Below are positions 38,900-52,155 of a stretch of 64,000 bases of DNA, one piece after another. The notes below the pieces were generated by a model. That model searched no databases, was not told where the DNA came from, and worked only from the letters and a program-made list of their open reading frames with translations. Within the stretch, counting starts at the first letter, position 1, and each line of letters starts with the position of its first letter. Both the position numbers and the translations under genes were made by a program. The DNA lies in NCBI GenBank assembly GCA_053919585.1, contig CM132803.1, one strand, 5' to 3'. This stretch comes from Euprymna scolopes (taxonomy: Eukaryota).

Positions 38900-39510
38900 A
38901 AAAATGGTGAATAATTCCACCTCGTCTTTCCAAGCTTATAACTCCTCGAAAAATGTAATTCAACCCTGTTTTTTTTTCAATTAAAAACAAACAAAAATTA
39001 AACAGAGAACAAACGTGTTTTTTTTAAAGGTTTTAAACTTCGGACTTTACAGTTAAATTTCGAAAAAAACACTACTTTTTTGTTTTAAATTTGAATATAT
39101 TATTTATTGTCATTTTCTCTTCAATTTGTGATATATAACACTTTGGTGAGTAAATTGACTATTTATTTTTTAATAGACATTTCAAAATGGGAGGCGTGAA
39201 TTATTCGACCCTTTGTCTATCCAAGTTTATAACTACTCGAAAAATGTAATTCAAGCCCTTATTTTTTTCAGTTAAAGGAGCAAGGACAAAGGTTTCATCA
39301 AACAAAACAAAAGAAAAAATAACGTGGTTAAAAAAAAAGGTTTTAAACTTCTAATTTTACAGGTAAATTTCTAAATAACACTACTTTTTTGTTTTAAATT
39401 TGAATATATTATTTATTGACCTTTTCTTTCATATTTGTCATATATAAAACTTTGGTGAGTAAATTAATTATTTACTTTTTATAGATACTTGAAAATGGGG
39501 GGCGTGAATT
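38900..39510. repeat. Tandem duplication of a ~290-310-bp AT-rich unit
   Basis: ccaag.ttataact.ctcgaaaaatgtaattcaa at ~38930 and ~39221; third partial start aaaatggg.ggcgtgaatt at ~39492. Confidence 0.85.
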
Positions 39511-40321
39511 AAAAAAAAACGCTTGTCTAAAGTATTATATTCGATTTATTGGAAATACTATAAAAACTCACATTGACCCTGAAAATATCGCAAAAATAGA
39601 ATCAATAGAAAAATTTTGATAGATTTTTAAAGTTTAAAAATTGAAAAATATTGAGTTCGTAAAATTCATTACTATTTTAAAAAATATTACTTTTAAAACA
39701 ACTTTAATAGTATATTTTAGAAGTATAATCCATAAAGAAAATAAACAACCCACTTTTAAAAGAGAAATTACGAGTTGTTTATATTTTATTCGCAGTTTCG
39801 TGTTAGGGGTGTCAAAAATTCCTACGAAAATTCTGATACACCTAATGCAACGCCATTCACAGAAAAGATACGGATCTATCAGCGCTTCGCGCAGATACGG
39901 TCGATTCACAAGGTTTCGCTTATTACGAGGTAGCTCTATTGAAATTCGTACAGAAAACCTAAGAAGGAAAGAAAAAAAAGGACGTGAAAACAAAGCTTAA
40001 TCATTTCTACGGTATATTGCAGATAGCATTTTTCCTAGGTTGTGTGGGATATTGCTATATAGGCTGCTAACATCGAATGTGTCTACTGTTTGTGTACGTA
40101 TATATGTGTATGTGTGTATGTGAGCCTTTTACTGCCTATCTTTCTCTAACGCAATTTTTTCTCTCTCTTCCTTTCACTCTNNNNNNNNNNNNNNNNNNNN
40201 NNNNNNNNNNNNNNNNNNNNNNNNNNNNNNNNNNNNNNNNNNNNNNNNNNNNNNNNNNNNNNNNNNNNNNNNNNNNNNNNNNNNNNNNNNNNNNNNNNNN
40301 NNNNNNNNNNNNNNNNNNNNN

Positions 40322-40352
40322 TGAGTCGTGGACGACGAAACACGTGTCAGTG
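40322..40352 (+). ncRNA. Type I minimal hammerhead ribozyme, 5' end hidden in an N-gap
   Basis: (n)UGA GUCG-UGGA-CGAC GAAAC ACGU GUC AGUG: perfect stem II, perfect palindromic stem III, GUC triplet. Confidence 0.8.
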
Positions 40353-40367
40353 AATAATTATGTTTTA

Positions 40368-40418
<51 letters not shown>

Positions 40419-40420
<2 letters not shown>

Positions 40421-40887
40421 GGGTTAAGGAATTCCAACGAGAGAAAGATGTATATTTAAATAAGGGGGTGGTCACCAACAATGTGTATTTTTAACGTTAT
40501 TTCATTATTCTGTGTCTTGGTTTTTCATTGCGAATTATGTGTAGATCATTGTAATAATGTTTTTTTTTAATCATTGAAATCGTTTTTAACGCGTTTCAGA
40601 CGTTCTGTGAAGCGTCCTCTTCAGAAATTATTTCAAAATGTTGGAGATGTAAAAATAGCATTTTCGTAGATCATTTGAGGTGTTTCCAAGGGGGTGGGAA
40701 CGTTTAAGTGTCTACTATTCATTGGAATGTTCAATTTTGTATTACTCTTTTCTTGGGCTGTGACGAGGCCGCCGTGATATATTATATCTCCGCGGCCTCG
40801 GCTGTGGTCACTCCTGTGTTGCGTTTCTGTCTCTCACTCTCTCTTTCTGCTTGTGTTTTTTTTTTCTTTTCCTTTACGGTAGGATGT

Positions 40888-40929
<42 letters not shown>

Positions 40930-41944
40930 GTTTGGACTGTTTTATAGTATTATGAGGTTATTTGCTTCCTTAGGAAGGTGACTGTGATCCAAGGTCGTTA
41001 CTAATGTGTATGTATTAGGAGGGGGGGCAAGAACCAGCTATTCTGAAATAAAGGTAGGGGTGCTTTCATTCTATTTTGATATTTAATTTTTGGATTCTTA
41101 GATTTTAGTATTGGGATTTTTCGTTTCAGTCTTTTCGGTTATTCTTTATATTATGTTTGTTTAGATAGAGGGGTGTATTTGAAAATATGTTTAGGGGATT
41201 TTTTAATGTTTCTATTTATTTGTCTCCCACTGTGGGTATGGATAGACTCAGGATCGGTTCCTAGTGTGGAGAAGATCTCGTTTCCACTGCATGTGTGTAC
41301 GTGTTTTGAAACATAGAGGTATCTGTTATCTGCAATTTTGATGTTGCTTTTATGTAAGGCCACTCTATAGCTGAAATTTTTGGTGGCGCCTATGTAGGAT
41401 TTGTTGCATGCTGTGCATCTTAGTGCATATATTGCATTTCTGGAGGTGCAATTTAGATGCTTTTTTTATTTTGAATGCTTGTGCTGGGTTTTTGAATGTG
41501 TATGTGTTTCCTCCTATTATTATGTCACATACTCCACATCGCGGTTTGTTGGATTTTGTAACCCCTTGTGGTGTGTGGAACGAGTTTTGCGGAAGTTAGG
41601 ATGTGTTTTCAGTTTTTGGGTTGGCGTTTACTTTTTATTCTTTTTTGTTGTTTTAAGTATGTTGTTTAGTTTGTCGTTCTGATTGAGGAGAATAAGGTTT
41701 TTTTGTTATCTGTGTGAATAGTTCTGGGTTGGTTGTGTTGTGTGTACAGACGTATGCTAACATATGTTCTTTGTTGTGTCCTTTTGGGATTCTTAGTTCG
41801 TCTATTGGAATTTTTTCAGCCAGTTCAACACCTTTCTGTATTATTGGTAGTGGATATTCTCTTTTCCGCATTGTTATTTGTAGTTAGAACGGAGGTGTCT
41901 GTTTGTTACTATGGTGCAGACTCTACGTGCTAGGGAGTAGGGTC
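40419..41944 (-). mobile_element. Penelope-like element, 3' part (thumb/linker, GIY-YIG endonuclease, 3' terminal region)
   Basis: PYSLARRVCTIV, REYPLPIIQKG and GIY-YIG signature CTSRNAIYALRCTACNKSYIGAT...LHKSNI; frameshifted. Confidence 0.88.
40574..40638 (-). ncRNA. Type I hammerhead ribozyme in the Penelope 3' terminal region
   Basis: UUGAAAU-AA-UUU CUGAAGA GGACG-CUUCACAGAA-CGUCU GAAAC GC GUU AAA-AACG-AUUUCAA: intact core, 5-bp stem II, minimal palindromic stem III, bipartite stem I (3+7 bp). Confidence 0.85.
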
Positions 41945-44780
41945 TTTTTCTTCTTTTTTTTGTAAACAGTGATCACCACTTATCAAGGCCCGGAAGTCAC
42001 TCAGGGATAAGGGTTATTGCAAATACATTATGTTAGTGTGGAGATTTGATGAAGTGTTTACTTAAGGGGGGATTCATTAGGAATTTGTTAACATTGGACT
42101 TGAAGACATCCAAGTTGTAGTCCGGTGGGAAGCAGGCAGACGGAACAGAGTTCCACAGGTGTGCAGTTCTAAGAAAGAAGCTTTGTTCATGGAATCCGCG
42201 TTTTGATTTAGGCACAGATATAGAGTGGGGAAATTTTTCACAGTGGATTAAGCTAGACGGGTGTTTTTCGTGAAAGATTGTCGAGGGGGGACCAAAGATT
42301 GGAGTTCAGACGAGCACCTGCCATGGAAATTACGATAAAACAAGGATAGGCTCGCAACGTCTATTCTGTGGGAGAGAGGTTGCAGGGTAGAGAAAAGGCC
42401 ATCCCCCACTAAGCCACGAAGTCTATTTTGTACTCTGTCAAGGCAGGATAGGCATTTTTTAGCAGCCCCTGCCCAGATATGGCAACAGTTTTCCATCCTT
42501 GGACGTACTTGGCTTTTATATAGATAGAGAATTGCATCAGTAGTGAAATATCTTCTGGAGCGGTAGAAGGATCCCACCATCTTTCCAGCGACCTTGGCAA
42601 CAGACTTGATGTACGTGTTCCATTTCAGATCAGGTGTAAAGGTCAAACCCAGAAGCTTGTCAAAACACGGGGTCTCACCCAGACGAGAGCCATCCATCAC
42701 AATTGATGCCAGATGGGGATCAGAGCGTTGATGATGTAAGGATAGGAGTTTGGTTTTGGATGCATTTAAGGTAACCATCCACATCTTCCCCCACTGAACC
42801 ACGCGCTCGAGATCAGAGGAGAGAGAATCAGAAAGAACTTTGTCATTTACAGCCTTTGATGTGTTGCCGTCGATGGTCGTGTCATCATCATAGATGTCAA
42901 CGAATGATTTAAGTATGTGTTTAGGGAAGTCATTGATGTAGATCAGGAAGAGGGTTGGGCCCAGGATTGACCCCTGAGAGACTCCAGCATTTATATTGCA
43001 GGCCTCCGATTTTTGTCCATCTACCACTACTCTTATGCGCCTATCAGAGAGAAATGATTTAATGACTGAGAAAACATTTCAAGTTATACCGTAGCTGGAA
43101 ATCTTGTGAAGTAGACCCTTATGCTATACCTTGTCGAAGGCCTTTGATATGTCAAGAGCAGTTGCCCTAGAAAGGAAGTCTTTGTCAAGAGATTCACTAA
43201 TCCTGTGGGATATAACCGTCAGCACATCTGCGGTAGATCTTGCAGAGCGGAAACCATATTTTGTGTCACTAAGAAGGTTATTTCTGCTGAGGGGGTTGAC
43301 TATTTCTCTATTTAATATGGATTCCAGCAACTTACTCATAACACAAAAGAGACTTATTGGTCTGTACTGAGCGGGAGATGACTTACAACCTGAATTCTTA
43401 AATACAGGGCAAACTGATGAAGTCTTCCAGGGCGTCGGAAAGCACTACTCCTTAAGGCAGCGCTTTTATAGATTCGTAAGTATGGGAGCAAGTTCTGGTT
43501 GAAGCTTTTTTAACACTATAATTGGGATGCCATCAGGGCCACTTGCTTTACTGGAATCTAGGTTCTTGAATAGCTTGGCGACCTCATGCACGGATATTTG
43601 TATGTTACCTAGCTAGTTCAGTGTAATAGGAGGAAATATGGGGAGTTGATGGCCTTCTGTCGCATAGGGTAGAATTAGCTGCAAAGTTCTTTGCACATAG
43701 TTTGGCCTTGTCTGACGCTGACGAGATGACCTTTGGTCCATTGATTATGGTTGGGATAGAACGCACAATTCTGTTCAGGATCCTATTTGTTATTTGCCAA
43801 AACTGGTGGGAACCAAGCCGCTGATCAGCTACCTTGGATTTAACAGACTGGGCATATAGCTCTCTTGCATTTTTTATTACTCTTTTACAGTGGTTGCTGG
43901 TAGTCCTGAAAGCAGCTTTAGTCTCAGTGCATCTATTACGTTGGTAGCTATGAAAAAAGTGATTTCTGTGCGCGATAGCAGCAGCACATTCTTGGGAGAA
44001 CCATGGCTGGGTGTTAAATTTTTGTTGGAATTTTTTTAGATGGTATGAATTGGTCTATGCCTACAATTAACCATTCGGTCAGATCTGATACTATAGAGGA
44101 CACTTCCTTTTTAATCATGGAGTGCAGAGGTAAATAAGATATGAATCTACGGAACCTATCCCAGTCAGCCATAGAGTATCGGTATACAGTACGGTTTATG
44201 GGTACGTCTGGGGGCTTCTTACATTTCGTTTTTATCTTAACTGGTACGACGGAGTGGTCGGAGGATCCTAGAGGAGAATGAACGGAACATTAACATAGCT
44301 CAGGGGAAGTTGAGAGAAAAAGGAGTAGGAGGTGGTCATATTGACCGGGTGTATCGGGCAGACGGGTGGGTTCGCGAACAATCTGAGTGAGGTCATAAGC
44401 AATGGCAAAATCATGATGAAACCTCCCCTCATTATCTGTCTTATTTGAATGGGTCAGCCATTCCACGTTATGGACGTTGAATTCACCACAGATTTTGATA
44501 TTAGCCGAGGGATGTGAAGACAGTATGTGGTCTATTTTCTCAGATATGCTCTTAAAAATAGTAACTCCGCTGTTGTGGAGCCTATAGAGGGCAAATATAA
44601 ATGTAGAGGTGTAAGCAAGTGCAACCCTGAAGCACATATAGGGTAAATTAGGATCTTCTCTAGATATACCCCTGCCACACGGGAAGCCATCCTTAATGTA
44701 GGCACATATTCCACGCTCATGGCGATCTTATATTTTGATACCACCAAATTCGAAACTATCCTTTTACAACCCTGCCTTTT
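41945..44780 (-). mobile_element. CR1 family B LINE (APE endonuclease + RT) inserted into the Penelope element
   Basis: APE motifs ICGEFNVHN, QIVREPTR, SSDHS; RT motifs LDISKAFDKV, GVSQGSILGP, YDDDTT; T-rich tail at 41945-41961; several stops; 5' end lies in an N-gap. Confidence 0.93.
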
Positions 44781-44927
44781 NNNNNNNNNNNNNNNNNNNN
44801 NNNNNNNNNNNNNNNNNNNNNNNNNNNNNNNNNNNNNNNNNNNNNNNNNNNNNNNNNNNNNNNNNNNNNNNNNNNNNNNNNNNNNNNNNNNNNNNNNNNN
44901 NNNNNNNNNNNNNNNNNNNNNNNNNNT

Positions 44928-45435
44928 ATTTAGGATGGTGGCTTTTTAAGTGGAGGTATTGTTGAGTGTCTGTGGGTGTGTGGTAAATGTCTGTGATTAT
45001 GTTGTTGTTTTTGATTGTTACTAGGATGTCTAGGAAAGGTAGTTCTGTGGGGCTTTGTTCTAGTGTGAAGTTTATATTTGGTGTGGGTATTGTAGCAAAG
45101 CGTGGCGTTTTCTGATATCCCCCATGTGGTTCTCCAGAGGATAAAGCATGTCTAGGTATCTTTTCCAAGATTTTATGAAGAGTGTATGTATATTGTGCCC
45201 GTACTTTTGCTCTATCCTTTCATAAAGGGTCTCTTCTAGGAAGACGAATGTAAGGGTGGCATGTGTCGGTACCATTTTAGTACCAATTTCTGTGCCTAGT
45301 ATTTGGATGTAGTTGTCTTTATTGAATTGGAAGGAGTTTCTATTAAGGATTATGTCGATGCTATGGGGGGTAAAGTCTGTGTATTTTTGTCAATCCAATA
45401 TGAGATAGCTTCTTTTCGTAGATTGTATGGGATAT
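44928..45435 (-). mobile_element. Penelope-like element, RT part
   Basis: IPYNLRKEAISYW, IGTKMVPTHATL, WKRYLD, LPFLDILV, TDIYHTPTDTQQYLHLKSHHPK. Confidence 0.9.
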
Positions 45436-45608
45436 AGCTATATAGGCTGCTTACATCGAATGTTTCTATTATTGTCTCATCGTCTACTGTGTGTGTACAT
45501 ATATATGGGTATGTGTGTATGTGCGCCTTTTACTGCCTATCTTTATCTAACCGTATTTTTCTCTCTCTTCCTTTCACACTTCCTCCTTCCTCCCTCTATC
45601 TATCTATC

Positions 45609-45676
<68 letters not shown>

Positions 45677-45889
45677 TGAAAGTATGATAGATTATGAAAA
45701 AGAAGGGTTGTAAAGAGATAGCTTCGAAATTGTTGGTATCAAAACATAAGCAAAATATGAACAACCGTTCTGCGAGATCAAACATATCCATTCCTGTGTC
45801 TCGATACATGTTCTATCATTATATGTAATCAGTTTTTTCAAATAAGTCAACCATATAGGAGCCTATTCGTGACCAGACACACTCACATA
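45677..45889 (-). mobile_element. Internally deleted copy of the 18367 Helitron-like family
   Basis: Matches 18430-18515 joined to 18970-19080. Confidence 0.7.
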
Positions 45890-46289
45890 NNNNNNNNNNN
45901 NNNNNNNNNNNNNNNNNNNNNNNNNNNNNNNNNNNNNNNNNNNNNNNNNNNNNNNNNNNNNNNNNNNNNNNNNNNNNNNNNNNNNNNNNNNNNNNNNNNN
46001 NNNNNNNNNNNNNNNNNNNNNNNNNNNNNNNNNNNNNNNNNNNNTCCCCTATTTGTTTGTGTTCGTTCATCTCGTCTGGTTTGTTTTTCCTTACAATTAT
46101 GATGATCCGTAGAACATTTTATTTTAAATTCTTATTCGGGTTGTCTTCCCTGCCTTCCCTCTTTCGTCGGTCTTTTCTCTACACTGTGTTTTCCCCTCAT
46201 TTTCGCTTCTTCTTTTTCTTTTCTTATCGTTGTGGTGTTTATCTCTGCAGTTAAATGGGCTGATAAACAGCAAAACAAAATAAAATAAA

Positions 46290-46870
46290 TACAATAAGCA
46301 AAAGTTCAGCTAGAATTCGTCACTGCCAACTTTCTCTCTCAACATCCAGTAGGTGTTCTCCCCACCACTTGTTCCAACAGCCATTTTATTAGAAAACTGA
46401 CCCCGTTCGATTTGCATACGTGTACAGTGGAAGATTAAATCTCGTGAAATTCCACAATACTACACCTTATAAATCTATGGATGCGTTCTTTTATTTCTCT
46501 TTCTCTCAGATCCCATCCGAAGGTAAGTTGTATAGCCCCATAATACACCCTCATGCGGGTGCTTTCTTCTTTGATTCAACTCTACCCTCCTCTCTGGTCT
46601 CCAGCTCACACATGTGGCATAGTGAAAATAATCAGTTGTTGCGGGCACTTCTACGAAGGGGGATTAGCTGGACTACTTCATTTTAATTGGAGCTCTCAGA
46701 AGAGGTGTCGGAGCAATTGGCATCAGCATTAGGACGTACAGTCATATCATCAGGCTGGACTTCTGCATCCTCATCGGAGCTCTCAGATGGCGCGCTGGAA
46801 ATATCGACGTCAGCCTTGGGGTTCGCAGTTGTACTGTTGTATAATAAGGTGGTCCATATTGGAAAGACGG

Positions 46871-46873
<3 letters not shown>
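46290..46873 (-). mobile_element. Possible piggyBac-like 5' fragment
   Basis: Begins CCCC at a (TA)n edge; acidic N-terminal-like ADVDISSAPSESSDED; no catalytic motif seen. Confidence 0.3.
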
Positions 46874-46932
<59 letters not shown>

Positions 46933-49900
46933 CATTGATGAGGGAGAGAAGAGAGAGACATTTATGCGTATTACAGTTCTGTTTCACGGAGGGGCAAATC
47001 ATTACTTAGATGATTAGGCATATTACTTAGGATGGAGAGGGGGCACATTACTTAGTATGGGTTATACAAAATTCATTAATAACGATGAATGGGAACAAGT
47101 TCATATAAAATGATTACACATTACCTTTGTTCTAGAAAGATGACACGAAGGCGGCAGTTATAAAAATATAATATGTTCTTTTATTCCATTTGACCGGTCG
47201 AAATAATGATGACATATAGGAATTCAAAGTCGACAACTCGATTAAAGGTCTTCCCTTCGCTTATAAAAGGACCCTCCTCTGACTGCCTTTGCTAATTGCT
47301 CTCTCTGCCCGACTGCCCCGATTGCCTTCTTCTTCCACCGAACTAGCTCCTATATTGAGAATTCATCTCTGCCATGAAATACGTGTGTTTGCCAACGTGA
47401 TAGACCCACGTGGCCTAAACATGCGTGGTTCGGCACATGTTTACAAACCATTTCTGCAGAAAAAGAATTCTCACTCCTATGTTTTCCTAACCTATTTTTT
47501 AACATATTTTAATTGCATTGTTCATTATTTTCTAGCTGACCTTATTTTATTTCACTTTTCAAAAATAGACTTGAATAATCAAAATTTCTTTTACAACAAC
47601 ATATCTAAACTATTTTATGTGAAACTGAACAATGTTAAATAACAAGAAAAGGGGAATTTTTCTGTAACGTCCCTCTCCTTCTCATTACCAAAGAAAATGT
47701 ACGCATTTTTAAATTCTAGTACATGTTTTCTCTATCAATACAACCACTTGGCTAAGAAAGATTAGCCCCCCCCCAACAAAAAAAACTCCTCTAGTCAGCC
47801 CTTTCCAACTGACTTCATAATATTATATTTTATGTTTTTTAGATCAGAATCTCTCTGATATTCCTGCCATTAACTTTTGGGGTGTAGGGTATACCTCCTA
47901 TGATGCACGTCAGCTGCTTCATCCAGCCACTCTTATGCCGTAAACTGAGGTCTCACCTTACCTATCTCGAAATCGACAACTTATTTCGTCCAAAAGTGCC
48001 CTGGTCGTTTCTTTCGCCTGGGCGGTCTACTAATTAGGGCTTGGTTCTATTTTGTAACATAATCAAAGCTCATTTACTTAAATCGTTGTGGTTGGCTTCC
48101 AATTATTTAGATATACCTTTTCATCACACTGATTCGCTCGGATTTCATTTATTGGACTATTGGAACATGATAAAGACTTAGAAAATATCACCCTTAACTA
48201 AATAACCCCCATGTCTTGCGCCAAAATTCCTATTTGCGCACTAAATTCTAACTATGGCCCGATTTCTGTGATTTATCTTTTTTTTCATCAGTGTCTCAAA
48301 TATTCAGCAGACATATCCCGCATTCATGCATTCCTAAAAAAATATAATATTACGGTATATTTTACTTTTCTCTCTCTTCATAATGGTATATGTGAATTGC
48401 CTGTAGTACTGACACTTATAGTCCTTTTGGTACCCTAAGTATTTTTCGTATCGTTCACCGCCTGCATCTTAAATTTATTGAGCCATGACTCTGCTTGGCG
48501 CCATCACGTGCAGCCTGCTTTATAAGCACTCAATTCCGCAGGATCCATTATTTTTCTACCAGGGCATTCCTAATACTTACCTGGCAAGCTACATATCTTG
48601 CGAAAAATCCATAAACATTATGGACTTAACAAAAGTGCAAAAGCAAATATCAAAAAGAGCATTTCTTTCTTTCGGCTTATCACATCTGAAAAAACTCTCA
48701 AAATATCCGTTTACGTAATTTTCTATTTTGCCCATCTCTAAACTTTTAACACATTTTTATGTCGACCATCTGTCTCAATTATCGCATCAATTTATTTTCT
48801 TATGACTTTTTTCTTTCCATTATAATGTATCTAGGTAATTATAACTTTGAATTCCTTTCGTAAAAACGCAATAACATTATACATACATTTAAGACAGTTT
48901 ACAATATTTGTTCACCACCAGAAAACCTTTTCCAAAAATACATTAATACATTTAACTATGATTTCCAGAAAACAGTTATAACATTTTCAAGGGTAAAAAA
49001 ATTTCCTGTTACATCAACAATACAAAGTCTGTCAAAAAAGTTTCCCTTCAGAAAAACACACTGAAAAGCTGAAAAGTACAACTGTGGGCACACAAATGCT
49101 TTCTTCTTTGATTATTACATTCAACTCTACAATCTCTATACCTCTGTCTTCTTGTTTTCTTTCGTTTTCTCCACTGTATCTGCTTTTATTGATTTATTTT
49201 TCCTTTTCTTCTACCTTGTCCTTTCTTCATCCTTATTTCTAATGTTTTCGTGTTATTTTCTACCTTTTTTATTTTCATCTATCTAAATATTGTTGCTCCA
49301 ATTCTTTAGCTTTCCTATCGATATTGTGTACCTCTTTCTCGTCATTTACCTAAATTTCTCTCATACTTTATATCTCTATTATATTTTCCTTATTTCTCTC
49401 GTTTTTCTATTCTCCTGTTTTTTTATTCATTAACTATTCATCCTTCTGTAATTCTTATCGCCCCATTCGTCTCCTTTATATGTTATTTTATTCCCTTAAC
49501 GTTTCATTCTCTAATTTCAATAGTAGATATTTTACGTATTTTACTATTTCCTATATTTTTATTTTCATCTGCCACCATCCTCCGTCTCTCACTTCTTTTC
49601 AATCGATTATTTTCCCGTATATACTACATTCTTTTGAAACTGGCCTTAGTCTTTAGCGCTTCCGAGTTGCTCCAGACTCATAATACAAGACAACCTTCCT
49701 GCTATTGTCCGTAACTGTTTGTTGGCGTCAATATAAAACGCACGAAACCCACCAATTTCCACTGGAAATGCTCATCTGGTAATGATTGGGTGCGGCAAAT
49801 ATAATATCCGCGCACCGACTGCTCCTATATCAAATATGGCTGGGAGAGATCATGTATGCGTTTGATCTGAAGAAGTTCCGGACGGCTTAATTGGGTTTTT

Positions 49901-50384
49901 CATTTCAGTCACCTGGATCAATTTGGATTTTCTCTGGCGTTCTCTATTTTGTGAGCCCATAATATATAATGAATAACTAGGAACGGATATCACAACGGTA
50001 GACGGTACATATTAGAATACTAATCAGATATCGACTAGATTGATTGGTTTTCAAAGAAGATATTGAGAGCAGAAACAAATTCAACTAGCCGGGCTACCCA
50101 GTTTGCCTAGTGCAACATTTCTATTTAAACCTTTCTTTCCTGTTTTCCATATGTATCTTTATCTTTACACACCTCCCCAGCTTTCCCCCTTCCCGCATTT
50201 GTTTTACTCGTCTTTTCTGGACATGCACATAACCCTCCTTATTTACCGCAAAACGAAAATACTTGTCACGAGGAAAGTAATTTCCTTGATAAAAAAAATC
50301 AAAATTAAGTCCCTTTAGTACATAAAATGGCTGAAAATCTTGTAATCGTCTCCTTTATTTTATGTTAGACACATTACACCAATA

Positions 50385-50439
<55 letters not shown>

Positions 50440-50804
50440 TAAAAAACTCCCCTATAACGACTATTTTACTAGAGTGATAAAAATACACAATACCTCGTCA
50501 TTCATAATTCTGTCTTCGTTAAATATATTTGTTAATTCATTTATAAAATAAACTGTGAGATGCATCATCATCATAATTGTTTCCATCAACAACAAACATT
50601 TTATTTGAAAGATTTGGAGCAGTTTACATCCTGGTGAATTTTGCCTTCGTCGGAAATATTTATTTATTTATATTTAATAGAATCTGGGATTCATTATCAT
50701 CATCATCATTGTCGTCAACAACAGCGTGAGTGTTTTAAAGAAACTTTTCATTAAAACTTTCGCGCCAGCCTTGTCGGATATATTACAATATTAGATATAA
50801 AAAG

Positions 50805-52155
50805 TAAGTTGATGGAATCTGTGTTAAATAAAGTTGTAGTCAAACAGCTCAGCAAAAATAACCTTCTAGTGACATGCGAAAGGTTTAAGCTAGATCTACT
50901 ACATATGCCCTTACAGTTATATCTCAGAGAATTAGTGAATCTCTTACCGGAAGCTTCGTTTCTAGGGCAATTGCTCTTGACATATCAAATGTTTTTATTA
51001 AGGTATAGCATAAAGGTTTTCCTTACAAGATCTCCAGCTACGGTATAGATGGGAATGCCTTCTTAATTAGTAAATCATTTCTCTCTGATAGCTTCATAAA
51101 AGTAGTGGTTGATGGGCAGAAAGCAGAAGCTCACAGCATAAATGCTGAGGTCCCTCAGGGGTCAATCCTTGGCCCGATTCTCTTCCTGGTGCTCTTCCAA
51201 ATAATATCCTACGCCATTCTTAATGCATGACTCTACCATCTATGATAGCACATCAAAGTTCTCCTTGATACTCTCTTCTATTATCTAGAGCACGTGATAC
51301 AGTATGGTAAGAGGGCCTGGGTACTTTTAATGCATCTAAAACCAAGCTTCTATCCTTACATCGTCAATGCTCTGATACCCATCTGTCATCAGTTGGAATG
51401 ACTGGCTCTCGTCTTGGGGAGGTGTGTGTTCTGACAAGCTTTTGGGATTGTCCTCTACACCTGATTTAAGGTGGAACACACACATCAAATCCTTTGCCAA
51501 GGTTGCTGGAAAAATATCGGGATCCCTCTATCGATCCAGTAGATATCTCACTGCTGATTCAATTCTCTATCTATATAAGATACAGCTCCGTCCAAGAATA
51601 GAGTATTGTTGCCACATCTGGGCAGGAACTGCTAGAAAGGATATATCCTTCCTTGGTAGAGTTCAAAATAGACTTCGAAGCCTAAGTTGGCATACCATTT
51701 TCTCTTCCTTGCCACCTCTTTCTCACAGAGGAGATGCTGTCTGCGCTTTATTTTTATTTTCATGGAAAGTGCTCGTCTGAGCTCCAACTTATGCTCTCCC
51801 TTCGCTAAACTTTCACAGTAAATACTCGTCGAACTAAAAACACTATTAATAATTTTCACCACTATTTATCTGTGCCTAAACCTGTACATATATTCCATGA
51901 GCAAAGTTCCTTTCTTAAAACCGCACGCCTGCCAACTGTTTTCCGTTTGCCAGTTTTCCAGCTGACTACAATATGGTTGTCTTCAAGTCCAATGTAAACA
52001 AGTTTTTGATGAGCCGTTCCACTTAAGTTTACAAATTTACAGAATTTCCATTATTAACGATTACTATATTTTCCTATTGACTCCTGCACACTCTTTAACC
52101 TCTATCCTCGAGTGGCCTCTCTTCATTTATAGGTGGTGATTTTTTGTAAAAAAAT
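50805..52155 (+). mobile_element. Decayed CR1 family B RT region to 3' end
   Basis: VPQGSILGP, PDLRWNTHIKS, RPRIEYCCHIWAG; 3' UTR shared with 620-720. Confidence 0.9.

Noticed and set aside
48573-48586. ATACTTACCTGGCA, identical to the U1 snRNA 5' end
   Set aside because: Downstream sequence shows no U1 stem-loops or Sm site; a 14-nt match alone is insufficient.
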